DNA from: Clostridia bacterium
Lineage (GTDB): Bacteria > Bacillota > Clostridia > UBA1212 > DUPL01
Assembly: GCA_050951325.1 (NCBI GenBank)
Contig: JBMNIW010000008.1
Coordinates: forward strand, 1-64,000
Length of the DNA stretch: 64,000 nt
Reading direction: 5' to 3'
Positions 1-7,656 of the stretch are shown here, in pieces (position 1 is the first letter of the stretch; each line of letters begins with the position of its first letter). A program made the translations under genes and the position numbers. The notes under the pieces are model-generated. The model had not been told where the DNA came from, did no database searches, and saw nothing but the letters and a program-made list of their open reading frames with translations.

Positions 1-457
1 CACGGGATGCCATGTACAGACGACCGTTTACAACTCCCAGGTCGTATATGCCGGAATAAACTTGCGAAACATTTATTCCGAGAGGCTCAAGATATGCATC
101 AAGTGGCATTAATGCACGGTGAGTAACCGCATATGTATAAGTTTCCGACTCAGCGAAATGGAAAACGTCGCCTATATCTCCAGATGCAATTCTTGCCTCA
201 ATTTGTCCTACGTTGTAATCCCTGTTTACTTTTGCATCTGGATACATTTTCTCGAATGCCCTTATAAATGCATCAGGTGAAAGTTTTTCTTCTTCATTGT
301 TGACCTGAACAGTAAAGGTTATTTCACCGACAACATTTGGTTTGTAACCCGGGGGAAGATCGCCTGTATTCTCCTTGCTTCTGCTGCATGCAACAAAACC
401 AACCAGCATTGCCAGTGTCATAAATACCACAGCACCAGTTTTTAATGCACGTTTCAT
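1..457 (-). CDS. ABC transporter sugar-binding lipoprotein, paralog 1 (N-terminal part; runs off the window edge)
   Basis: Not in the ORF track. ATG at 457 with GGAGG RBS; reads MKRALKTGAVVFMTLAMLVGFVAC (lipobox). Bases 1-457 are nearly identical to 1671-2127. Confidence 0.9.
   Translation of the reverse strand, partial: MKRALKTGAVVFMTLAMLVGFVACSRSKENTGDLPPGYKPNVVGEITFTVQVNNEEEKLSPDAFIRAFEKMYPDAKVNRDYNVGQIEARIASGDIGDVFHFAESETYTYAVTHRALMPLDAYLEPLGINVSQVYSGIYDLGVVNGRLYMASR
1..457. repeat. Direct repeat of 1671-2127 (5' part of SBP paralogs); a more diverged third copy lies at about 3556-4012
   Basis: The first ~200 nt are identical; I counted about a dozen substitutions over 457 nt by eye. 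Confidence 0.9.
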
Positions 458-519
458 AATGTGATTACCTCCGTAAAAAATATTTATATAACTTTTTACT
501 ACGTATTTGTATGCACTAT

Positions 520-549
520 ATTTTAACATTTTCTAAACACACACGTCAA
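520..549 (-). promoter_or_regulatory. Putative sigma-A promoter of SBP paralog 1
   Basis: Minus strand TTGACG-N18-TAAAAT with TG extended -10. Confidence 0.55.
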
Positions 550-734
550 CTATGTCAGTTGAAAATATTTATTAAAAAATATAAACAAAAAACGAACATT
601 TGCGCCTCATTTCAATGCATTTTTATGCATGTGCATTCGCATTCATGACTATCATCCGCATTCTTCTTAGTACTCATTGCATAATGTCTGCGAGAAGACT
701 TGTAATATTGGCTAGGCAGCATTCCCCGCAAACC

Positions 735-760
735 AAAAAAACACCCCGCAGGGTGTTTTC
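735..760 (-). terminator. Rho-independent terminator after SBP paralog 2
   Basis: Hairpin AAAACACCC-cgca-GGGTGTTTT followed by a U-run on the minus strand. Confidence 0.75.
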
Positions 761-774
761 CTCATAAATTTATT

Positions 775-2127
775 TTACTCATCAAAATCAACTAATGTTG
801 CCCATTTCTCATTCGCTGCTTTTTCCATTGCTGCCAGTGAGTCTTTATAGTCTACTTGACCACTGAAATGGTTCCTTAGCATGTTGGACCATGGGGTTCC
901 GTCTATCATCTGAGCAACAGGAGCAGGAACTCTACACTGTACCTGACCAACAGTATCGTTCTCAGGGAATGCTACGAAAGCGTCAAAGTTCTTTCCTTCC
1001 CATTCAGTACCCTTCCCACGCCAGAAGTCATCGTTGGCAAGAGTTCTCATTAGTGGTACGGATCCACCAGTCTGACCGTTGTATGCCTTCTGACCTTCCT
1101 CTGTAAAGAAGAACAGTGCAAATGCTGCAGCGGTGTCAGGTCTCTTCGTCCTGTTATACACACCAAATCCTGATGATCCTGTTCCTACCTTTGGTATTGG
1201 GAACATTGGGAATGTAGCTATATCCCAATTTACGCCGAGTCTGTCATACTCTGTTCCCATTCCATACAAGTGTGGATAAACCATGAAACGGAATACATAG
1301 TCTGAATTTCTAAGACCTCTGTATTTATCTGTTTCAGACGAACCATATGGATATAATATACCCTTATCCACAGCAGAGAACATTTCTCCTATTCCCTGCA
1401 CAACTCTATCGTCTGAATAGAGGTTGACTCTCTTGTTTATGGTGTCATACCATTTACCGCCCCAGCCTTCCATGAATGGAATATAAATGGGGTCCCAGTC
1501 AAGCTGCAAATACATTGCAACCTGCTCAAATGTACCATCTTCGTTAGTCTTTGTTACCTGAGGACCATAATCATTTACGAAATTTTCCCAAGTCCAATCA
1601 GCAGGTGGTAGGTCAAGACCTTCTGCATTCAGTGCATCCATGTTTGTCATAAGCACAATGTGGTTGTGGTCACGGGATGCCATGTACAGACGACCGTTTA
1701 CAACTCCCAGGTCGTATATGCCGGAATAAACTTGCGAAACATTTATTCCGAGAGGCTCAAGATATGCATCAAGTGGCATTAATGCACGGTGAGTAACCGC
1801 ATATGTATAAGTTTCCGACTCAGCGAAATGGAAAACGTCGCCTATATCTCCAGATGCAATTCTTGCCTCAAGTTGTCCTACATTGTAGTCCCTGTTTACT
1901 TTTGCATCTGGATACATTTTCTCGAATGCCCTTATAAATGCATCAGGTGAAAGTTTTTCTTCTTCATTGTTGACCTGGACTGTAAAAGTTATTTCACCGA
2001 CAACATTTGGTTTGTAACCTGGGGGAAGATCGCCTGTATTCTCCTTGTTTCTGTTGCATGCAACAAAACCAACCAGCATTGCCAGTGTCATAAATACCAC
2101 AGCACCTGTCTTTAATGCATGTTTCAT
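775..2127 (-). CDS. ABC transporter sugar-binding lipoprotein, paralog 2
   Basis: 450 aa, lipobox FVAC, family-1 SBP motifs (IASGDIGDVF, LMPLDAYL, WTWENF, WDIATFP). Confidence 0.9.
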   Translation of the reverse strand: MKHALKTGAVVFMTLAMLVGFVACNRNKENTGDLPPGYKPNVVGEITFTVQVNNEEEKLSPDAFIRAFEKMYPDAKVNRDYNVGQLEARIASGDIGDVFHFAESETYTYAVTHRALMPLDAYLEPLGINVSQVYSGIYDLGVVNGRLYMASRDHNHIVLMTNMDALNAEGLDLPPADWTWENFVNDYGPQVTKTNEDGTFEQVAMYLQLDWDPIYIPFMEGWGGKWYDTINKRVNLYSDDRVVQGIGEMFSAVDKGILYPYGSSETDKYRGLRNSDYVFRFMVYPHLYGMGTEYDRLGVNWDIATFPMFPIPKVGTGSSGFGVYNRTKRPDTAAAFALFFFTEEGQKAYNGQTGGSVPLMRTLANDDFWRGKGTEWEGKNFDAFVAFPENDTVGQVQCRVPAPVAQMIDGTPWSNMLRNHFSGQVDYKDSLAAMEKAANEKWATLVDFDE

Positions 2128-2232
2128 AATGTGAATACCTCCGTAAATATTTTTGTTTATATTATTTTAACTTTATTCGATGATTATAAAAAAATGCAAA
2201 CAATGGTATCAACCACACATTATATAAAACAT

Positions 2233-2261
2233 ATTGTAACATGTAGCCACGCATACGTCAA
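2233..2261 (-). promoter_or_regulatory. Putative sigma-A promoter of SBP paralog 2
   Basis: Minus strand TTGACG-N17-TACAAT with TG extended -10; same -35 hexamer as paralog 1. Confidence 0.6.
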
Positions 2262-2618
2262 TAAATTTGCACATAAAAAAACGACTTTGGTCAATTGAAT
2301 TTCTAAATGCAAAGGAACATTTGCGTTTACTTCTTCCGAAGATGTAAATATCCTTGTTTTTAGCAACTATCAACTAGAATTGAATTTAGTTTTTCCCATA
2401 TAATTTCATTGTTTACTTATTACCTGTCCTGACCTGCAAATACCATTTTAAGAGAGGTAATAAACATCGTGTAAATAGAGGTTTTAACCTCATGTACTGC
2501 ACATTGTATTTTCCTTTTTCTGTTATTTATACCAAAAATACTTTCAAGAACCTTCATATAGTAAAAATACAACGATTTCTCTACTTTGAGCAAAAAAATC
2601 GTTGCATTTCAATTAAAC

Positions 2619-2647
2619 AAAAACGCCTCTATTAAAGGCGTTTTTTA
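2619..2647 (-). terminator. Rho-independent terminator after SBP paralog 3
   Basis: AAAAACGCCT-ctattaa-AGGCGTTTTT hairpin flanked by A/T runs. Confidence 0.75.
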
Positions 2648-2659
2648 TCAAATCGAATA

Positions 2660-4012
2660 TTATTCTTCAAAATCAACAAGTGATTCCCACTTTTGGTTGG
2701 CTCTTGTTTCAATAGTTGTCAATGAGTCTTTGAAGTTTACATGACCATCAAAGTGCTGTCTAAGCATGTTGAGCCATGGATTACCATCTATCATCTCTGC
2801 AACAGGTGCTGGCACTCTACACTGTACCTGACCAACAGTATCGTTCTCTGGGAATGCTACATAAGCATCGTAGTTCTTTCCTTCCCACTCAGTTCCCTTG
2901 CCGCGCCAGAAGTCGTCATTGGCAAGTGTTCTCATTAGAGGTACGGATCCACCAGTCTGTCCATTGTATGCCTTCTGACCTTCTTCTGTGAAGAAGAACA
3001 GTGCAAACGCTGCAGCGGTGTCAGGTCTCTTTGTTCTGTTGTATACGCCAAATCCGGATGAACCTGTTCCTACCTTTGGTATTGGGAACATTGGGAATGT
3101 AGCTATATCCCAGTTAACTCCAAGCCTGTCGTACTCAACTGCGAGAGTATACATTCCGGGATAAACCATCTGACGGAATACATAGTCTGATTGTCTGAGT
3201 CCAGCGTAATCTGATACATCTTGTTTTCCTGTTGGGTACAGGAATCCATCTTCAGCAGCATTAATCATTTCTTCAATACCCTGTAGAACCTTTGGATCGG
3301 AAACCAGGTTTACTCTCTTGTTTATTGTGTCAAACCATTTTCCACCCCAACCTTCCATAAATGGAATATAGATTGGGTCATAGCTGAGACTAATGTTCAT
3401 TGGAACCTGGTCAAAAGTACCGTCATCATTAGTTTTTACAAGATTTGGAGCATAGTTTACCTTAAACTCTTCCCATGTCCAGTCATTTTGTGGGAGATCA
3501 AGACCTGCTGCATGCAAAGCGTCAAGATTTGCCATCAAAACAATGTGGTTGTGGTCACGGGATGCCATATAGAGACGTCCGTTTACAACACCCAGGTCGT
3601 ATATACCGGAATAAACTTGCGAAACATTTATTCCGAGAGGCTCAAGATATGCATCAAGCGGCATCAGTGCACGATGTGTAACTGCATAAGTATAGGTATG
3701 CTCTTCAGGGAAATGGAATACGTCACCAATATCTCCAGAAGCAATTCTAGCTTCAATTTGTCCTACATTGTAATCTCTATTAACTTTTGCATCTGGATAC
3801 ATCTTTTCAAATGCTCTTATAAATGCATCTGGTGACAGTTTCTCCTCTTCGTTGTTTACTTGAATTGTAAAGGTTATTTCACCAACAACGTTTGGCTTGT
3901 AGCCTGGTGGTACGTCGCCTGATTGCTCAGGATTTCTGTTACATGCAACAAAGCCGACCAACATGGCCAGTGTCAAGAAAACTACAGCACCAGTTTTTAA
4001 TGCATGTTTCAT
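2660..4012 (-). CDS. ABC transporter sugar-binding lipoprotein, paralog 3
   Basis: Start moved to 4012 (MKHALK, GGAGG RBS at 4023-4027) by comparison with paralog 2; 450 aa. Confidence 0.9.
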   Translation of the reverse strand: MKHALKTGAVVFLTLAMLVGFVACNRNPEQSGDVPPGYKPNVVGEITFTIQVNNEEEKLSPDAFIRAFEKMYPDAKVNRDYNVGQIEARIASGDIGDVFHFPEEHTYTYAVTHRALMPLDAYLEPLGINVSQVYSGIYDLGVVNGRLYMASRDHNHIVLMANLDALHAAGLDLPQNDWTWEEFKVNYAPNLVKTNDDGTFDQVPMNISLSYDPIYIPFMEGWGGKWFDTINKRVNLVSDPKVLQGIEEMINAAEDGFLYPTGKQDVSDYAGLRQSDYVFRQMVYPGMYTLAVEYDRLGVNWDIATFPMFPIPKVGTGSSGFGVYNRTKRPDTAAAFALFFFTEEGQKAYNGQTGGSVPLMRTLANDDFWRGKGTEWEGKNYDAYVAFPENDTVGQVQCRVPAPVAEMIDGNPWLNMLRQHFDGHVNFKDSLTTIETRANQKWESLVDFEE

Positions 4013-4048
4013 GATATAATTACCTCCAAATTTCTTAATTACGATTTT

Positions 4049-4076
4049 ATAATACCACACGGGTTGCTAAAGTCAA
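4049..4076 (-). promoter_or_regulatory. Putative sigma-A promoter of SBP paralog 3
   Basis: Minus strand TTGACT-N16-TATTAT with TG extended -10. Confidence 0.45.
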
Positions 4077-4229
4077 GGTGCACACACGTGGCTAAAACAA
4101 AGTATTACACAATATTAATATAATTCACAATAATGTTTTATTCTGTAATACAGGCTATTCTCAAAAGCAAACAGAAAAACCATTTGGTTTTTCTGTCTGC
4201 AGTATCGACATCTATGATTGGAGTATCCG

Positions 4230-5792
4230 TTATGGCTTCGGAGTGTTGGTAGGTTCGGGAGTTTCTGCATAAACAGGCTCTTGCTCCCAAAGTTCATGAA
4301 CCCTGTCTTCAATCTCCTTCAGCGCATCCTCTAATGATGCTCCATTATTAATATAATTCTCAATAGCTTCTCCGATCTTGTGATATTCGCGAGCAGCTTC
4401 AATATTCATAAGATAAGTCATAATGGATGGAAAATCATTTTCAGTGTAAGTTGCAAACACACTTGTGTTCTTTCCTCTTACAGGATATTCACGCCAAAAC
4501 TTCATTGCATTTACAGCTTTGCTTGCTGGAACGGATTCACCGTTTCCTGCGTAGACAACAGCAGCTTCCTGAATCAGCGTATGAAGTGCAAACTGAACAC
4601 TCATGTCCTTCTGCTCCTCACTTGCTTCAGCTGTCTTTGTGCTGACTGCAAGACCCAAAGTATTGACGCCAACAAATCTCTTTGGTAGTGTTGGGAAATG
4701 GATAAGGTCCCACTCAAATTCAGCATTTCTCAATACATCGGTCCAGGTGTTGAATTCCATCTTGTCAGTTACTATCATACCTATTCCAGACAAATCTTCA
4801 GGATTCACATCAGCCTTCTGCACATAGCCTTGCTTGATTATTTCTGCAAGCTCTGTGAGACCCATCAGTACTTCCTCATTTGTAAGAGTAAGAGTTATTA
4901 TACTATCCTCTTTATTAATATAATACAGACTGCCTTCCGGCTTCTCTATTTTGGGTTCTTTTTTAGTTGGAGCAGGCGTCTCACTTGGTGATGCCTCCGG
5001 ATCAGGAGTAGCATCTCCATTTTCATCAGTGGAAGCAGGAGTTTCTGTTGACTTTTCCTCTTCCTCCTCTTCCGGGAACAATACTCCTGTAAATCCTCTT
5101 GCAAAAGCTCCCCAGATAGCCGGATCCAAATAATCCATAACCGCAGGAATCTTTACTTCGTCAAGCTTGCTTAGCTCTTCTGCACAGCGAACAAAGTCTT
5201 CAAATGTCCATTTGTCACCAGGTACGCTGAGTCCTGCTTTGCTGAACAAATCATAGTTTATGAATACAAACTTATGGTTGTAATCAGTAGGCATCATGTA
5301 CATGCCCTTCTTATACTGAGCAGACTTGTATGCAGCATCAAACAAAATCTCGTGAGGCTTAAGCCTTTTGTAAGTCTTGTACTCAATCAGATCTTCAAGG
5401 TATGGAGTAAAATCAACTATATAGTCATTCTCCACATACTCAGCAATCCTTGAATCATCTATTACAAACACATCACCAATGGTGCCGTTCTTTATTCTTT
5501 CATCCAAAGTGGCAAAGTATTCTTCAGCACTTTCCATCTCATCGATTACAATGTCCACATTAGGATAAATCATTGCAAAATCATGCGCAAAGGCATGCGC
5601 CGACACATCGTTAGGGGACCTCTTGTAGGTCGAGAAGGTTATCTGACCTACAAATTCTCTTGGTGTTGGCTTTGGAGTTGAAGACGGGGTCCTTCTAGGC
5701 CCGTCTTCTTCAAAAATTGTACATCCAACCGTAGTCCCGACAAACACCACTAGCAAACATATAGCTATAATTCTAATCCAATTCTTTTTCAT
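4230..5792 (-). CDS. ABC transporter solute-binding lipoprotein with internal acidic Pro/Thr-rich insertion
   Basis: Lipobox TVGC; SBP motifs GTIGDVF, NYDLFSKAGL, WTFEDF, WDLIHFP; last gene of the ABC operon. Confidence 0.8.
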   Translation of the reverse strand: MKKNWIRIIAICLLVVFVGTTVGCTIFEEDGPRRTPSSTPKPTPREFVGQITFSTYKRSPNDVSAHAFAHDFAMIYPNVDIVIDEMESAEEYFATLDERIKNGTIGDVFVIDDSRIAEYVENDYIVDFTPYLEDLIEYKTYKRLKPHEILFDAAYKSAQYKKGMYMMPTDYNHKFVFINYDLFSKAGLSVPGDKWTFEDFVRCAEELSKLDEVKIPAVMDYLDPAIWGAFARGFTGVLFPEEEEEEKSTETPASTDENGDATPDPEASPSETPAPTKKEPKIEKPEGSLYYINKEDSIITLTLTNEEVLMGLTELAEIIKQGYVQKADVNPEDLSGIGMIVTDKMEFNTWTDVLRNAEFEWDLIHFPTLPKRFVGVNTLGLAVSTKTAEASEEQKDMSVQFALHTLIQEAAVVYAGNGESVPASKAVNAMKFWREYPVRGKNTSVFATYTENDFPSIMTYLMNIEAAREYHKIGEAIENYINNGASLEDALKEIEDRVHELWEQEPVYAETPEPTNTPKP

Positions 5793-5803
5793 ATCGACAC
5801 TCC

Positions 5804-6766
5804 TTATTCGATGATACCAATACGTTCAATACCTGCTACGAGTTTCTTCTGACCGAAAATGTAAACCAGAAGAACAGGGAACATTACAAGGAAACATCCC
5901 GCAAACAGCATTGGCTCTGTCAACGCTTTTGATATCTCGGATTCTCCAGCTGGTATCTTCTTAGCCCAATACTCACGTATGTTCTGCAATCTTGGCTGCA
6001 GTGTCAGGACATTCTCCCTATACATGTAGGTAGGAGCTTCGTAGTTGTCATTCCAGTGCCAAACTACTGAGAAGATAAACACAATAACAATCGCGGACTT
6101 GACTTGTGGAAGCATAACCTCTATGAATAGTCTCAATGGTCCTGCTCCATCAATTCTTGCTGCGTCGTCCATCGCATCAGGTATTCTCTGGAAGAAATAC
6201 ATGTAAATCAGAATAAACAACGCACCTCTAATGCCAAGACCAAAGGCAGCTGGAAGTAGAACTGAGAAATAGGTGTTGATAAGTCCAAGCTCAACAAACA
6301 AGCCGTAAGTTGCAATGATTGTAGTCTGAGGTGGAATCAGCAACACTATAACTACCAGGACAAAGAATATATTCCTCATTCTGAACTTGTATCTTCCCAA
6401 CGCAAAACCTGCAACTGAACAGGCTATGGTTTGCAGTACCGCAGCACCAAGAGAAGTTATTGTAGAATTAAGGAAGGATCTTGGATAGTCAAGCGCTTCC
6501 CATGCCTTGGTAAAGTTGCCCCACTCTATCTCTGTAGGTATATAGAACACTGTCGGATCCAAATAGTCCTCGAATGTCAGCATAGACGTGGATAAGATGT
6601 ATACAAAAGGCAAAATAAACAAGAATGCCATCTCAATCAGTACATAGTACAGGAATATCCTACCTATGATAAATCTTATCTTTTTCTTTACCCTGTAACC
6701 CAGGTTCTCATATCTCTTATACAAATCGTACATGTAATTGGAAAACCTCTGAATATATGCACTCAT
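5804..6766 (-). CDS. Carbohydrate ABC transporter permease (MalG-like)
   Basis: Multiple TM segments, EAA-like loop DDAARIDGAG, VVWHWND; ATG at 6766 overlaps the upstream TGA. Confidence 0.9.
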   Translation of the reverse strand: MSAYIQRFSNYMYDLYKRYENLGYRVKKKIRFIIGRIFLYYVLIEMAFLFILPFVYILSTSMLTFEDYLDPTVFYIPTEIEWGNFTKAWEALDYPRSFLNSTITSLGAAVLQTIACSVAGFALGRYKFRMRNIFFVLVVIVLLIPPQTTIIATYGLFVELGLINTYFSVLLPAAFGLGIRGALFILIYMYFFQRIPDAMDDAARIDGAGPLRLFIEVMLPQVKSAIVIVFIFSVVWHWNDNYEAPTYMYRENVLTLQPRLQNIREYWAKKIPAGESEISKALTEPMLFAGCFLVMFPVLLVYIFGQKKLVAGIERIGIIE

Positions 6767-7641
6767 CTTAACCACCTCCTGGTAAGCAGTATGAAAATAA
6801 GTATTGTAATCAAAGACAGCAGCATGTAGAACCAGCTAAGAGCAGATGCAACACCGTACTTGGTTCCCTGCACCATCAATCCGTAAAGTATTGACATAAC
6901 CGGATTTCGAGCATCCACAAAGGAGTCGACAAGCGCATAAATACAGTTAAGTATTACGAATGGAGAAATGTACGGCAGTGTAATATGCCAGAATCTCTCC
7001 CAGGCATTTGCTCCGTCCAGATCGACAACTTCATACAAAATGTCCGGTACACTTTGCAATGCAGCCAGGAATATCAATATTTCAACACTGCTGGACCACA
7101 TAATATTACCAATATGCGTGGTTAGCGCTCCTCCAAACAACCGCGACATGAATCCCGTATTACTCTGCACGAGTTGGCTGAAAATACTTACGCTACCAAC
7201 GTCTTCAGAGAACAGGTATGACATGATAACACCGGATAGTATAACAGGAATAAAGAATATTACTCTGAATATTACTCTTCCCGGAAATTCCTGTTTCAAA
7301 AGAACAGCAACAAACAACGCAAATCCAACGACCATTGGCACCTGATACAGTGAGTTCATGAACGCTTCGAACACAGCCTGGCCAAAGCTTGGGTTCTTGA
7401 TAACTTCCTTGTAGTTCTCAAGTCCAACATATTTTCCCCTATACAGGTCATTCAGGGTCGGTGAATAAAAACTTATCTTAACCGAAAGCGCCAATGGAAT
7501 CAGGATGAATATTAGGAATCCTATCAACCATGGCAACATGAAGGAAAATCCTTCAAGCTGCCTTCTTCTTTCAAAGGAAAGAGTGCGCTTCGTTCGCTTA
7601 TGAGCCAGTTGCTTTTTGTATTTCACAACTTTCTTTGCCAC
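6763..7641 (-). CDS. Carbohydrate ABC transporter permease (MalF-like)
   Basis: YVGLENY, LYEVVDLDGANAWERFWHITLP, YGVASALSW. Confidence 0.9.
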   Translation of the reverse strand: MAKKVVKYKKQLAHKRTKRTLSFERRRQLEGFSFMLPWLIGFLIFILIPLALSVKISFYSPTLNDLYRGKYVGLENYKEVIKNPSFGQAVFEAFMNSLYQVPMVVGFALFVAVLLKQEFPGRVIFRVIFFIPVILSGVIMSYLFSEDVGSVSIFSQLVQSNTGFMSRLFGGALTTHIGNIMWSSSVEILIFLAALQSVPDILYEVVDLDGANAWERFWHITLPYISPFVILNCIYALVDSFVDARNPVMSILYGLMVQGTKYGVASALSWFYMLLSLITILIFILLTRRWLR

Positions 7642-7656
7642 TTGAATACCTCCTCC

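Noticed and set aside
605-730. GCAT-rich intergenic stretch as possible sRNA or repeat array
   Set aside because: No regular period, no recognisable RNA family and no CRISPR-like repeat-spacer structure.
2570-2604. Inverted repeat CAACGATTT...AAATCGTTG in the long intergenic region
   Set aside because: Short, AT-rich and single-copy; no supporting transposase, RNA motif or second instance.
1-4012. SBP array as a diversity-generating retroelement or invertible cassette system
   Set aside because: No reverse transcriptase or recombinase is in the window, the differences are not adenine-specific, and all copies are direct with their own promoters.
4115-4312. 65-aa minus-strand ORF
   Set aside because: Overlaps the SBP 3' end in another frame; no RBS or recognisable motif.
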